IMG/VR virus record: IMGVR_UViG_3300024272_000051
Span: 32,001 to 96,000 of that record
Origin: a virus
Taxonomy: Duplodnaviria; Caudoviricetes
Strand: one strand, 5' to 3'
DNA length: 64,000 nt
Part shown: piece by piece, positions 35,557 through 47,364 of the stretch
Position numbering within the stretch: the first letter of the stretch is position 1
Layout of the letters: every line of letters starts with the position of its first letter
Notes under the pieces: generated by a model
What the model was told of the DNA's origin: nothing
The model's database searches: none
The model's input: the letters and a program-made list of their open reading frames with translations, nothing else
Made by a program: the position numbers and the translations under genes

Positions 35557-35931
35557 TTATGCAAAGTAATCTTTATGGATATTGTTCGAGATATACATGA
35601 TGCCTTGTTTTACCTCTGTATCTCCGTCTGTATCCTTAATAATGATTTGATATATATATTTGCCATACAGGTCAACTGACTCTGTTGGAGTCAGAACAAC
35701 GGTCAGCATATTCTGAGTCTGACCATCACTTGAATCAATGGTCATTGATTTTTTTACAATTGGATCGCCGTACTTATTGGTATAGCTGACAATAGAAAAG
35801 TTGGAGGTACAACCATCCAACCCGCACGGCCTTTTACTGCCCCCATGATAAATGTTGAAGGCAAGACGCTGTGTCTCGCCCCCAACAAAATCAATTGTCG
35901 GCAGTGTGTATGGACTATGTTCGCAATTCAC
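35557..35931 (-). CDS. BppU-like minor tail protein
   Basis: L.P.E...L.GKYIYQ Ig-like domain. Confidence 0.6.
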   Translation of the reverse strand: MNCEHSPYTLPTIDFVGGETQRLAFNIYHGGSKRPCGLDGCTSNFSIVSYTNKYGDPIVKKSMTIDSSDGQTQNMLTVVLTPTESVDLYGKYIYQIIIKDTDGDTEVKQGIMYISNNIHKDYFA

Positions 35932-35955
35932 ACATCCACCGCCTTTCTTACCAAA

Positions 35956-36147
35956 TTATTCTTTGGTACTATTTTTTTCTTCTTCAACCACCGGTTTTGT
36001 GAACTGAATTTGATTGATAATATTTCGAACTTCTTCGATTAGAGCGATGCTACCGCTGAGATTTGTAAGGTTGCTTTTTCCATGAACGCTGACTTGCTCT
36101 AATGCATTAAGAACAGCGGTTAACCTTCCTGTAATTTCGTTCTTCAT
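35956..36147 (-). CDS. Small hypothetical protein
   Basis: GGAGG RBS; abuts the tail-tip gene. Confidence 0.65.
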   Translation of the reverse strand: MKNEITGRLTAVLNALEQVSVHGKSNLTNLSGSIALIEEVRNIINQIQFTKPVVEEEKNSTKE

Positions 36148-39100
36148 TTATCCTCCAAGACTGTTATTTAAACTTCCAAAAATGCGGTATTGTTGTTCGT
36201 CAAAATTAAACAGTATTCCGCAGGTTTGATTTTCGTTTCCGATCCAGAGCCAGCTGTCACTACTTTCATATTTTTTCATGATATAAGCTCGATTACTGTT
36301 TCCCAATTTTAATGCAACGTATTCGCGTTGGCGAGAACCCTCATAACTATATTCGCTACCATAATCCATTACCAGTTTTTCGTATCCATCTTCCCAAAAT
36401 GACATGTACTGGCCACTGTATTCTGCATATGTCAGAGGATCTCCATCATCGTCCAGAGTCGCGACGAATTTTGGACTGTAAATACAGTCTCCATTTATAA
36501 AGGTTCCACCCTCATATTCTCCGTTTGCAAGTGCGTCTACGCTCTCAACAGCTGCGTCAGCGGCGTCTTCAGCGCCGTCCGCCTTATCCCATGCTTCGTC
36601 AGCTAAATCATATGCAGCACTTCCGCTTTCGTCAACATTATCCCAATCGATAGCAATACTGCCTCTCATATAGACGTTACCATATTTGTCGACTTGGAAA
36701 TTTGGTGAAGAAGATGTTCCGCCGATCTTTATTTGACCACTCTCAATGCTTGCTCCATTAATTTTTGTCGTACTGTTGCCCTCTAAATTGCTAATGGTGA
36801 CATATCCGCTCAAATCAATGTTCGTTGCACTCATATTAATTTTACTTGTGCCATCATTTATAGAAGCAACAATGGATGCAGCAGTAACTTTGCCGTCTGA
36901 TCCAGTCACGCCTTGCACGATAGCTTTAATTTCATTCGATGTTTGGGTGAGAGTAGACGATGTGACATAATTACCTTCTATGGTTTCGACTCTGCTCTCA
37001 ATTCCACTTGCTGTTTGGGTGAGCTCGGAAGATGTAATATAGTCATCTTCCACGGCTTTTAATCTTGTGCTTAATTCTTGCGCACTTGCGCTAATTGCCG
37101 CTGTGTACTCTTCTTTTATTTTGTTTGCAGAGTTCGTAATTGCTTGGGTATATTGAGCAGTAAGCCCCTTTTCAGAAGAGTCGATTGCCGCCGTATATTC
37201 CTCGGTTATTCCGTTGGACAACTCGACAGTATCGAGATATTCAAGTAAGAACTGGCCACTTGAGTTGGTCATTGGCTTGCCTGAACTTGTCTGAAATTGT
37301 GCGCCTTTTACTGTTCCTGAGAAAGTTCCAGAGCTTGCTTGTATTTCTCCTGTAAATTTGCCGCTCGTTGCGTAAACAGTGCCTCTAAAATATGCATTAC
37401 CAGAATCTATATCTAGGTAGAAATTGGAATTCTTTGGCATACCATCTGCATCTTTGGTTATAGTCCCGTTTGAATAAAAAGACGGCACAACGTTTGTACC
37501 ATTCAGATTATATAGGTTTTTGTTTCCTGCAACAATACCGTACTTCGGGTCAATGATTATTTCTCCGCCATTGGTTTTTGTGGACTGTAAAACAAATGTA
37601 GAGTCTCTTAACCATGCACCAGAAGAATCAACCCTAAACTGCATAACACCATCGTCGTTCATATTTTCAACAATAAGGTTATTGCCAATAAGCAGTTTGC
37701 CGCCGATAACATCGGCATTTACGCCGAAGTATTCGCCGACTTCATCAGACACAAATTTACCGATAGCTAGTTTTGCGCTGTTCCACCCATTATCACTCAT
37801 GGCAATCATGCCATTTGTAAGGCGTAATTCACAATCCTTTAGTTTGTCAGCCATACTATTGCCAGCCAGTTCACGAATCGCTTCTTCGTCAACACCAATG
37901 CTGATACCAGAACCATCGATACGAACTTGCTGGTTAGATGCTCCAAGAATTGCATTCTTTGCAGCATCTAAAGAACCGTTCATAAACTCTGTGATAGCTG
38001 ATACCTCGCCGAGAGATTGGTTGTAAAGATATTTGCTTGCATCAAAGCTACGACCAGACGAATAACCCTTTTCGAGCATGTCTTTCAATGAGTTAACATT
38101 ATCATGACGCTTAAAACGATTGGAAAATACAAGAGAGAAACTGTCCTGCTTCTCAAATTCGAACTCCATTTCAATAAGCAGGGGAGTGATCGTTTGTTCA
38201 TCGCTGAGCTTTAGGTAAATACCTCGGCCAAGCTCTAACTTATTACGGAACGGCTCAAACTCTTTTGAGAATAAGAAGTTGCCGGAGCTAACACTAAACT
38301 CATAGGTGTATACAGATAAATCATTTAGTACACCTTGCGCATATTCCAACAATTCAGACTGTACGGAATATTTTTGAAACTCACTTGCATTTGTAGTGAT
38401 GTACATTGTGGTGGTATGGCTAATTGTGACAGACCAAGAATTGGCACGAGGGTCGGAGGTTGTGCCTTTACCGGCAAATGTGATCAATCCGCTGGATACC
38501 CTTGCGTCGCCGAGCTGAATATTAGAAGCATATATACTTAACACAAATTCATTGGAACCAGTCTTTCTATCAAGTACTCCCTTAACGACATCACAAGATA
38601 ATTCAACCTTGTCGCAATTATAAATTCTAAAAGTGCACCCAGAGATTGTAAACATTTCTCTGTCTACGTCATCGGGCAAGTCAACCAATTCAATTTTGCC
38701 TGCCTCAACATCGTCTTCTGCCCCCTTTTTGTAAAAGTAAAGCATAGTCCCCTTAGCAGACGGTTCGATATACGCCGTCTGACCGGACGTAACCGTGTTA
38801 AGATCAGTTGCAACAAAGGTGCTCTCAGTAACATCTTGTTCTACAAAATACTCTCTAAGAATATTTAGCTCATCTTCGGAAAAATAAGTTTCGATATTCA
38901 AAGACTCTGCGATAGAATTTGTTTTTACAGCATAAGAATTTACAGTACCCTCAGCCTCCGCTATCTCGACCTCTTTTGCCTCAACAAGCGCTGTTTGCGC
39001 AGAAATCTTGTCGTTAACGGTAGCGAGATTTGTTTGCTGAGTTTCTTTTCCTTTTTCTGTAGTCTCCATTGCAATGGCTTGAATAATAACACTCTGTTGA

Positions 39101-40062
39101 TTAGTAAGGTTAGTTAACTCTCCCTTTAAATCTGTTAACTCTGCTTTTAGTGTTAAAAGGCGAGAAGTAGCAGATGCTCTAAGAGCGCAGTAGCCAGAAT
39201 AGGCAGACCTTTGACTGTCAACTGCTTTTTGCCATTTGCTCCATTTTGCCGCAATACTTTCTGGAATATCTCCATTAGAAATGAAGTGATCTATGTTATA
39301 AATCCAGTTTGAACCTGTTGGATTGACCGATCTGATATCAAGTTCATCCGCACCATATGGACGCAATGCAGTTACCAGCTCATCGCTAAGTTCTTCTACT
39401 TCGATTTCTTCCAACAGATTATCGAAATCAAGATAAATTGGGAGGGCGGTTCGTTCCTCGTCTGCGTCATAGACATTGATGGTTTTTTCATATGGATCGA
39501 ACACAAACACGCACCGATACTTCTCAGGAGCTGTATTATAAATAAATGACAACAGATAATCGTCGTACTGATCGAATGTTCGATATCTATTCCAGAGGGT
39601 GGCGGAGACGTAGCCGATTTTCCAACCCTTTGCGATCTCCAAAATACGAGACAAAACTGTGTCTGCCCCAGACATCGGCGAATAGAAATTAAAGGTTCCT
39701 TCTTCTAAGAAAAAGCGTTTGTCCTCAAGCCGTTTTTCGATAGAATATCCCTTGACGGATTTGATGTCAGAAATTCCATCGGAAGACTTAGAAGGTTTCA
39801 TTGTGACATAGACACCATAATTCTTAGTATAGATAAGTTTGCGCCCTTCAACTTTGTGATACAAAGGATTGGGCTTGCCTTTAACCACCGAGGGGATATC
39901 AAAGGAAATTTCACTTGGCTCGGATAATTTAATGTTAAATTTCAGATTGTTGACCCCAGACAGAAGGCCAATGGAACGCTCATTTAGAGTTTGAAGCATC
40001 AATTCTGGGACTTCTGGTCTGCCATACGCATCAAACTCCAATTTAGAATAATCAAGATACAT
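36148..40062 (-). CDS. Tail tip/baseplate hub (Tal-like) protein
   Basis: Follows Dit; SEISF..LVTAL.PYG; coiled coil; LTQTA repeats. Confidence 0.8.
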   Translation of the reverse strand: MYLDYSKLEFDAYGRPEVPELMLQTLNERSIGLLSGVNNLKFNIKLSEPSEISFDIPSVVKGKPNPLYHKVEGRKLIYTKNYGVYVTMKPSKSSDGISDIKSVKGYSIEKRLEDKRFFLEEGTFNFYSPMSGADTVLSRILEIAKGWKIGYVSATLWNRYRTFDQYDDYLLSFIYNTAPEKYRCVFVFDPYEKTINVYDADEERTALPIYLDFDNLLEEIEVEELSDELVTALRPYGADELDIRSVNPTGSNWIYNIDHFISNGDIPESIAAKWSKWQKAVDSQRSAYSGYCALRASATSRLLTLKAELTDLKGELTNLTNQQSVIIQAIAMETTEKGKETQQTNLATVNDKISAQTALVEAKEVEIAEAEGTVNSYAVKTNSIAESLNIETYFSEDELNILREYFVEQDVTESTFVATDLNTVTSGQTAYIEPSAKGTMLYFYKKGAEDDVEAGKIELVDLPDDVDREMFTISGCTFRIYNCDKVELSCDVVKGVLDRKTGSNEFVLSIYASNIQLGDARVSSGLITFAGKGTTSDPRANSWSVTISHTTTMYITTNASEFQKYSVQSELLEYAQGVLNDLSVYTYEFSVSSGNFLFSKEFEPFRNKLELGRGIYLKLSDEQTITPLLIEMEFEFEKQDSFSLVFSNRFKRHDNVNSLKDMLEKGYSSGRSFDASKYLYNQSLGEVSAITEFMNGSLDAAKNAILGASNQQVRIDGSGISIGVDEEAIRELAGNSMADKLKDCELRLTNGMIAMSDNGWNSAKLAIGKFVSDEVGEYFGVNADVIGGKLLIGNNLIVENMNDDGVMQFRVDSSGAWLRDSTFVLQSTKTNGGEIIIDPKYGIVAGNKNLYNLNGTNVVPSFYSNGTITKDADGMPKNSNFYLDIDSGNAYFRGTVYATSGKFTGEIQASSGTFSGTVKGAQFQTSSGKPMTNSSGQFLLEYLDTVELSNGITEEYTAAIDSSEKGLTAQYTQAITNSANKIKEEYTAAISASAQELSTRLKAVEDDYITSSELTQTASGIESRVETIEGNYVTSSTLTQTSNEIKAIVQGVTGSDGKVTAASIVASINDGTSKINMSATNIDLSGYVTISNLEGNSTTKINGASIESGQIKIGGTSSSPNFQVDKYGNVYMRGSIAIDWDNVDESGSAAYDLADEAWDKADGAEDAADAAVESVDALANGEYEGGTFINGDCIYSPKFVATLDDDGDPLTYAEYSGQYMSFWEDGYEKLVMDYGSEYSYEGSRQREYVALKLGNSNRAYIMKKYESSDSWLWIGNENQTCGILFNFDEQQYRIFGSLNNSLGG

Positions 40063-40073
40063 TCCACACCTCC

Positions 40074-40853
40074 TTATCCTGCAACATTATGTAGGAAGCG
40101 ACCTGAAATTGTAACAGAGCTCGCTCCAGATATTGTAAGCCGATTGTCACCCGGTACAAGCCGGAACAAATTCATGTTAAATCCATCATACAGATTGTAT
40201 GCATCGTTTTCGTCTCGGATAATGCCGTTGAGATTATCTACATAAATTGTTGTTGCTGCAGATGGTAGTCCCGTCAGTTCAAATACACGACCTCCGTCGC
40301 TCATATTTACAATTCTCAAAGTTGTTGATCCGACTGGTGAAACCAGAGTTAAGTCTGGTCTTAAATACTCTCTTACACTGCTTTCATTGCGGAATACCAC
40401 GGAAGTTCCCGAAACTGTCTTACTAAATGGATGCCCATAAGCATATGAACAGTCACAAACAACCTCGGCCTCAAATGCAACGGGTAGCCACCCGTGAGAA
40501 AGCGGTGTCAGGGAAGTGATCAGACATTTGAACTGTACATGTTCCATATCGGGCTGATCGATGGAAAGCCATTGATAATCATTGTAACCCGTAAGCCACA
40601 TAGATATTTCTTCCAATGTATATCGGTCCATTGCTTCCTCTGCACCAAACACAAGTTTAAATTTTAGAGGGTCTTTATGATAGTTCACACCGTAATGGAT
40701 TGGCTGAATTCTGTTGTTAACTCGGGTTTCGGATACAGTTGCTTTATTTCCAAAGCTAACGTCATCCTGACCTCGTCCGTTAAAATCATAAAGCTTCAAG
40801 CCGTACATAACGGATGATTCCCCCGCAAAAGTGAATTCATAACTATTGAACAC
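40074..40853 (-). CDS. Distal tail protein (Dit)
   Basis: F.F.G..S..YGL, WLTG, CD.SYAY, L.PGDN; downstream of the tape measure gene. Confidence 0.8.
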   Translation of the reverse strand: MFNSYEFTFAGESSVMYGLKLYDFNGRGQDDVSFGNKATVSETRVNNRIQPIHYGVNYHKDPLKFKLVFGAEEAMDRYTLEEISMWLTGYNDYQWLSIDQPDMEHVQFKCLITSLTPLSHGWLPVAFEAEVVCDCSYAYGHPFSKTVSGTSVVFRNESSVREYLRPDLTLVSPVGSTTLRIVNMSDGGRVFELTGLPSAATTIYVDNLNGIIRDENDAYNLYDGFNMNLFRLVPGDNRLTISGASSVTISGRFLHNVAG

Positions 40854-40909
40854 TGTGCTGAACACCTCCTTTTTAAAGTGATAGAGAGGGGTGTAAACCC
40901 CTCTCAAAA

Positions 40910-43900
40910 TTAACGCTTAATATTCAAATACTCAAAGATCTTGTTTACTTGAGACCGAGCAATATCCTGATGTTGTTTTATGGTGTCCTCCGGCATACCG
41001 CTAATATAAGTGTCACCAATTGAAATTTGAACTGCTCTTGAATTAGCTGCTGAAAGTATTCTCTGATTGTTGTTAGACATAATGTCTGCTACACGATTTC
41101 CAATGGTTAGACCAGATGAGTCAAGCAACTTACCGGCAAAGTTGGCGAATTTAGCCATCAAAGACATATGTCTCGTGAGATTATCAACCATATTCTCACT
41201 AAGAACCCACTCTCTCTCTTTTAATAGAGCAAATTGCTCGTTTGATTTTATGTCTCCACCGCCAACAATGCCACCAGTGTGATATACTTTGTATAGTTGC
41301 TCTCCACCCTCGTGGTCGATATACCATACACCATCACTGCCTCGCACAGCAGTAATACCATACTTCGCCAATTCGACAGTGCCAAGACGATATGTTTCCG
41401 CCGATAATTCTGCTTGCCGCTCTTTTGATGCTGAGTGCCATGTCTGAGAATTGGTTTTCATTCTGCCAACGATTGAGCGGATGTGATCTTCGTCAGAAGC
41501 TTCGTGGTCATAACTTGGGGTTTCTCCAAGGTCAAAGTTATCGTATTTGGAACCACCGGAAGAACTATTGATTTTTTCGTCAATATCGTCGATGTCGTCC
41601 TGAATATTTTGTAAAGCTTCTAAATAGCTGCCATATTCCTTAGCGGCATCAAGTGCGCTATCCCATGCAGAAACCAGTTCGTCAGTCAGTACAGAACCAT
41701 ACTCATAGTTCCAATTAATTAACGTATCTTTTAGATCTTCCCAATTGGATTCTATGTATTCGATAGCCATATCGTAAAGCTTTTGTTGCGAAGAAATTGA
41801 TGCTTCCAATTCTTTAATTTCATCATCTTTAGCATCTTCGTATGCTTCCTGCATCTTGTCGAGCGATTCTTTTTGAGCTTCGATAGCATGATCACCTTGG
41901 AGTTCTGCAAGTTCTTCTTGTAAATCTGCCATCTCTTCCTGCAGGGCGATCCTTTGCGCCTGTGCATCACGACTGTCGTCAAGAGACAGGATGTTGATAC
42001 GCTCTTGAAGCTTGGCAAGCTCTTTAACCTTATCTGCAACTTCTTCCTGATAATCAGACTCTTCTTTCGTTGCATCTAACGCTTCTTTTTTAAGTTCGAT
42101 TATTTCTGCATAATCTTCTTTCTGCTGCTCTAATGCTTCAATTTGCTGCTCAACTTCATGTTCGAGCATTTCCATGGTGTACTCAAGAATATCATTAACA
42201 CCGGACTGCATCTTTTCCAACTCTTCTCGTGTTTCTTTTAATGCGTCAGTAGTGTTGTCCGCAGTTTCGAAGATGCTTCGTTGTGCAGACTCGGACATTG
42301 CACGAAGAGAATCAATAACGTGGAGTGCGGCCCGATTTTGATCCTCGTCAAGACCTTCAAGTGCAAGGGTAGCATAGACCAATCCCCATTGTGCGCTTGT
42401 AACATCTTGTGTGGCATGTAGCAAACGATTGAGCTCAGTAACATTATTCTCTGCGTTTGCCGCATGGATTGCCTCAACATATGCAAGGGCTGTTTCAACC
42501 GCCATTTGCTCTGTGCGGGCAGCTATGACATTTTTAATATTCTCTTCGTTAATGGTAAGTTGTCCATTCTCGTCTTGAAGTAATGATAAGTATTCAACAC
42601 CGTGAGAGATGATTTCCTGCAGGGTATCAACGGCAATATATCCAGAAGAAGCATACTCATCAGCTGCTTTGTGTAGTGTATCATACACAGACTGCATTGA
42701 GTCAATTGCTTCGCCAAAGGCATCAACAATTGCAGAGGTCATGCGATCAACCGCATCTTTAACGTCCTTTGTGGCATCTAAGTAATCGTTCGTAAGATCT
42801 TGAACCTGAGATTGCTGTTCAATAGCACCTTCGCTCATACCTTGTCCGCGATAATACTCTTTTACAGACTCAAGAGCGCTTGCTGCCTCACGCTGAATTT
42901 GCTGATAGTAAGCAACCTGTTGCATAAGAGATTTTCGCATTACTTCGGAGTCTAAGTTCTTCTTGCCATTTTCAAAGAACTCTTCTTCCTTTTGAATGCT
43001 TATCTCGATTGAGGAAGATAATGCATCAAATGCGTCTTTTATATTGTCTGCAGGCGTCTTAGAAGAACCGCCGCCACCGCTACTTGATGATGATGATGAT
43101 GTTATCTTAAACTCTTGTAAGCCGTCATAGAATGACAATTCTTCCTGTAGTTTGGATCTTTGATCCATCAATCCAGAAAACGCGTCCTCATCAAAGTCAA
43201 GTCCGGCGGCTCTATCTGATAACATACTGTTGATATTGCTATTAACTTTGTTTATGCTCTGTGTCACTTTATCAATAGAAATATCCAGATTAATGCCACC
43301 CAGCCCCAATATTGCTGCTTTTGCAGCTTCTGCAGAATTGCCAATAGCATACATTCCGGTCTCTACGTTATACAGCTGTGCCACAAGGGTTGGGCAATGC
43401 ATTGCAAGCTGTGCCATAGCGCTTTGAGCTTGATAGCTATCTCCACCATACTTTTCTACTGCGCTTACAACATCACTCATAGCATCAGCAATACGAGAAG
43501 CCTTTAGGGCGCGGCCTGCTTTTGTAATTGATTTTATTAATGCTTCTTGTGCCTCTAATGGATCAACACCGTTCTCCAGCGCTTCTTGGTAAGCGATGAA
43601 CTCAGTACGAAGTTCAGGCATCAGCTCCAACAAATAGTCAAAGTCTTCTTCTGTTAATCTTGAAATAGCATCATACGCACTGTCAGCAGGATTGCTTAAT
43701 TTTTCTAAGACAGCGTCTAATTTTTCTATGTCCGTTTTTGTTTTAGACACGGCCTGATCTAAAGCTGAAATCTGCTCTTGGGTAGAGCCAGACTCATAAA
43801 ATCTTGAAAACTGCGCTTGACCTTTAAGTACACCATCAATCGCATCGGCCACGTCTTGTGATGTTCCAACAAAGGTGCCGCTTTCAATGGCTGCAGCTGA

Positions 43901-46900
43901 TACACTTCTGCGAAACGCATCAAATTCTTCCGCTGTTTCTGGTATTCCGGAAGATATTGTCTCATTCAGAACATACTGCGATGCAAGATTTGCATTTAGC
44001 TCATCTCTTGAAGTTATAATACTTTCGGCATAATCTTTTATACCCAGATATCCTTCATACATCTCTTGGTATAAGATATTTTCTGTTCCGACCTCGTCGG
44101 CAAGAATCTTTAGAGATCGCTGATAGGTTTCATATTGATGAATGGCATTAGCAGCATTTCTACCATATGCTTCTATCATCTCTGTAGGTGGTTCACTAAA
44201 AAACGGCGTAATACCCTCTAGTACCGTTGTCTCGCCAGGAGTTTCATTTTCCAAAATCCACCAGCCAGTTGTGGAGGCTCCTTCGGTACGAACGGCCCAA
44301 TCCTCATAAGATAATTTGTACTTATTTGGTAGTGCATCATTCAATACTTGTAGAGCATTTAACAACTCAGTCTCTTTGTCCGAACCTTTTGTGACCGCAA
44401 AGCCTGAAGTTGCTTCGTTGTAGCTGCCTACATGATATGCTGGCTGTGTATCGTTGAAAAAATTTACGGCTTCATTATAGCCACCACGAAGGTCTATCTC
44501 GTCATTTGCAAGTTTGGATACCGACACACTTGCAACTGCTTTATCATAACTACCATATTTATCAATCAGTTTTTGTAGCTCATCTTGTTCAATTTTTAAT
44601 CCATCAATCAAATCTTCTCTAGCCTGTATACATTCGTCTAAAGTTCCAGTAAGGTCGTTTAGTTTATTACTTGCATCAAGATAGCCAAATGCCAAGTCAG
44701 ATATAGTTTTTGAGCTATCTGCTGCAGAATCGGCAAGACTCTTGATTTTCTGAGAAGCTTCGTCTGTTTCTTCGGCCAAGCCCTCAACGGATTCTTCGCT
44801 TCCAGAAATCCAGTTAATAAATGTTGGAATTAAACTGATTAAAAGTATAATCCATCCCACTGGATTAGATGCTAGTAACGACTTGATACTTAGGTTTAAT
44901 GCATCAGTTGCAGTTTTTGCGCCCATGGTCGCAGAAGTATAACCAAGCTTAGCGACTATATTTCTATAGTCTTCTTTGGTCAATGTCCCCTCGGAAAGTG
45001 CCAAAGTCAAATTTGTCAGAACTGCCTTTTGCTTTTCTGTATTAAGCGCCTGATATGAAATAACCATAGCGTCATTAACACCTTTTTCAGCCATAATTCT
45101 CTGTGTCAAAGATGCTACAGCAGCGTTCTCTGCAGATGTTACTAACGCAGCAGCTTTTGCTTTTTGATATGATTTAAATGCAACAACAGCAGCAATAATT
45201 GTGGGTAGGAATAAATCAATCTTTGCCATTGCTGATGCAGCACTCATCAATGCCGTGCCGAAATCCACAACAATTTTAACAGTTTCGGCTTCAATGAAGT
45301 TCAGTGAAAAGTCTTGGAATGTTGCTTTGAACTGATTTATTTTGCCTTGAATACTATCAAGCTGTTTTTCATTTTCCTTCATAGCAGAACCGGAAGCACC
45401 TGCTGCGGCGATTAGAACCTCTTCGACAGTTTCATAGTTTGAAATAAGTGCATTAATAACATTGGCATTTCTAACGCCGCCACCAATCAACTCAGTGATG
45501 TTTGTTCGAGATGTGTCTGTTAATGAGTCCCAAACTTTTGCTAATTCCCCTATAATTTCTACAGTGCTCTTAAAAGTGTTGTCATCAACCATGATGTCAA
45601 CTCTATTTCCTGTCAGATCAAGAATTTCTTGTCTCAATTCAGACACGCTGTTGGCCATGCCATCTGTTGCAATGCCAGCTTCCTCAGCCTCTGTTTTTGA
45701 GGCGCGAATATACATGGACATTGTTTTCAGTGCGGTGCCGACTTTTTCAGGGTTCTGAATAACTTCGTTTGCTGCCGCAATCAAAGCAATACTTTCGTCA
45801 AGAGTATTACCAGCGGCATGCAATGACGCTGCAGAATTTAAAAGAGCATCGCCGATGCCGGCAGAGCTGATCGCAAAATTGTTGCCAATGTGGTTAAATT
45901 TATCCACAATTGTCATTACATTGCTTGCTTCAATCCCAAATGCCTGCATCGTAGAAATAATACTTTCAGATGCTTGTGAAATATCTTCTATACCATCGCC
46001 GATATTTTTATAAACAATAGCTGCATCTGCAAGAACAGCTGCATCTTCAATCCCGTGGCCCAATCTTGCAAAGTCAGCAGTTGCACTGACGGTATCAGAA
46101 ATTGTTGCACCAAGCTTCTTAGCTCTATCCCCAGCATTGTCGAGAAACTTTTCATAAGCAGCATCTGTCTCATTTGTAACTTTGCGCAACTCGGTCATAG
46201 CAGTGTCTACATCTATTACAGCAGTAACCATTCGCCTTAAGGCGCGATACAACATCATTATAACTTGGGAAACAGTAAGCCAAGATGCGAATTTAGATGC
46301 TAGTCCACCAAACCTATCGGCAAACGATTTTGTGTTTTCTGAGCACTGTCTAATTGCTGACGCCGTAGTTGTAAAATTACTGTTAATTGAAGATAGCCTT
46401 GCCTTAAAGTCATCTATCGACATTCCGCCTCTTTGCAGATCGGTTATAAGCTGATTTAAACTTTGATCATACGTTGCAAGTTTTGCGTATTCAGCACTTG
46501 ATTGGCCATTCTTGGCCTTTGTCCAGTCTTCCTGTGCTTTACGGACACGAACAAGTAAGTCTGTCGCCTGTTTTATTGCGTTATTGTATTCTAAAGAGCC
46601 AATAGTTAGTTCTTTTGTTTCGGCTGTACTTCTGTCTTTTTGTGCCGCTTCTTTAGTGAGCTCGATTTGTTTCTGTTGGAGCGCAGCAATCTCTGCCTGA
46701 AGCGCAACCGCTTCTTGCTGAAGTGCTTCTACATATCCAATATCTTTATGTTTAGAAGAATTAACTGCCTCAATTTTTGTTTTAAGCTCTGTATATTTTG
46801 CAGTTATAGTATTTAGTTCAGCAATAAGTGCTTCATTTGTAACGCCGTTCTTTTTGCCGGGCATAGCACTTTGATACACCGTAGCCAAAGATCGCATTGT

Positions 46901-47311
46901 TTCTTTTAGAACACTTATTCTGGCATTAAATTGATCAGCTTTATTTGAGCCATCCGCAATTGCATCATTTACACTTGTGAGATCTGTTTTTAGTGATCCA
47001 ACACCAGATGGATCAACTAAGCCCGTAATTGTAACTCCGTTTGAAATGCTCAGGGAATTAATTATGCTTTGTAGATCTCTACGCAAACCTGCCATTGCGC
47101 CACTGCAGTCGATTTTGTTAATTCTGATCGGTGCCTTGTTAAGCATGATCTGCGCATCTTTTCTGACGCGATCCATATCTTTCTGCAGAACAGTAAACTT
47201 ATTGCTGATTTTAATTTGTTTGATTAGGGTGTTGATTTGTTGGTTAAACTCCGCCTTGGCAGCAGAAGACCGATCAACAGTAAGTTTGACCTTTGCGCCA
47301 AAACCTGCCAT
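40910..47311 (-). CDS. Tail tape measure protein
   Basis: More than 2100 aa, helical; TAMTELRKV..FARLG..VDKFN..GTALKT domain; YHTGG near the C-terminus. Confidence 0.93.
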   Translation of the reverse strand: MAGFGAKVKLTVDRSSAAKAEFNQQINTLIKQIKISNKFTVLQKDMDRVRKDAQIMLNKAPIRINKIDCSGAMAGLRRDLQSIINSLSISNGVTITGLVDPSGVGSLKTDLTSVNDAIADGSNKADQFNARISVLKETMRSLATVYQSAMPGKKNGVTNEALIAELNTITAKYTELKTKIEAVNSSKHKDIGYVEALQQEAVALQAEIAALQQKQIELTKEAAQKDRSTAETKELTIGSLEYNNAIKQATDLLVRVRKAQEDWTKAKNGQSSAEYAKLATYDQSLNQLITDLQRGGMSIDDFKARLSSINSNFTTTASAIRQCSENTKSFADRFGGLASKFASWLTVSQVIMMLYRALRRMVTAVIDVDTAMTELRKVTNETDAAYEKFLDNAGDRAKKLGATISDTVSATADFARLGHGIEDAAVLADAAIVYKNIGDGIEDISQASESIISTMQAFGIEASNVMTIVDKFNHIGNNFAISSAGIGDALLNSAASLHAAGNTLDESIALIAAANEVIQNPEKVGTALKTMSMYIRASKTEAEEAGIATDGMANSVSELRQEILDLTGNRVDIMVDDNTFKSTVEIIGELAKVWDSLTDTSRTNITELIGGGVRNANVINALISNYETVEEVLIAAAGASGSAMKENEKQLDSIQGKINQFKATFQDFSLNFIEAETVKIVVDFGTALMSAASAMAKIDLFLPTIIAAVVAFKSYQKAKAAALVTSAENAAVASLTQRIMAEKGVNDAMVISYQALNTEKQKAVLTNLTLALSEGTLTKEDYRNIVAKLGYTSATMGAKTATDALNLSIKSLLASNPVGWIILLISLIPTFINWISGSEESVEGLAEETDEASQKIKSLADSAADSSKTISDLAFGYLDASNKLNDLTGTLDECIQAREDLIDGLKIEQDELQKLIDKYGSYDKAVASVSVSKLANDEIDLRGGYNEAVNFFNDTQPAYHVGSYNEATSGFAVTKGSDKETELLNALQVLNDALPNKYKLSYEDWAVRTEGASTTGWWILENETPGETTVLEGITPFFSEPPTEMIEAYGRNAANAIHQYETYQRSLKILADEVGTENILYQEMYEGYLGIKDYAESIITSRDELNANLASQYVLNETISSGIPETAEEFDAFRRSVSAAAIESGTFVGTSQDVADAIDGVLKGQAQFSRFYESGSTQEQISALDQAVSKTKTDIEKLDAVLEKLSNPADSAYDAISRLTEEDFDYLLELMPELRTEFIAYQEALENGVDPLEAQEALIKSITKAGRALKASRIADAMSDVVSAVEKYGGDSYQAQSAMAQLAMHCPTLVAQLYNVETGMYAIGNSAEAAKAAILGLGGINLDISIDKVTQSINKVNSNINSMLSDRAAGLDFDEDAFSGLMDQRSKLQEELSFYDGLQEFKITSSSSSSSGGGGSSKTPADNIKDAFDALSSSIEISIQKEEEFFENGKKNLDSEVMRKSLMQQVAYYQQIQREAASALESVKEYYRGQGMSEGAIEQQSQVQDLTNDYLDATKDVKDAVDRMTSAIVDAFGEAIDSMQSVYDTLHKAADEYASSGYIAVDTLQEIISHGVEYLSLLQDENGQLTINEENIKNVIAARTEQMAVETALAYVEAIHAANAENNVTELNRLLHATQDVTSAQWGLVYATLALEGLDEDQNRAALHVIDSLRAMSESAQRSIFETADNTTDALKETREELEKMQSGVNDILEYTMEMLEHEVEQQIEALEQQKEDYAEIIELKKEALDATKEESDYQEEVADKVKELAKLQERINILSLDDSRDAQAQRIALQEEMADLQEELAELQGDHAIEAQKESLDKMQEAYEDAKDDEIKELEASISSQQKLYDMAIEYIESNWEDLKDTLINWNYEYGSVLTDELVSAWDSALDAAKEYGSYLEALQNIQDDIDDIDEKINSSSGGSKYDNFDLGETPSYDHEASDEDHIRSIVGRMKTNSQTWHSASKERQAELSAETYRLGTVELAKYGITAVRGSDGVWYIDHEGGEQLYKVYHTGGIVGGGDIKSNEQFALLKEREWVLSENMVDNLTRHMSLMAKFANFAGKLLDSSGLTIGNRVADIMSNNNQRILSAANSRAVQISIGDTYISGMPEDTIKQHQDIARSQVNKIFEYLNIKR

Positions 47312-47364
47312 TTTATCACCGTCCTTTAAAAAACGGGCAAGCAAAATTGCTTACCCGTACAAAA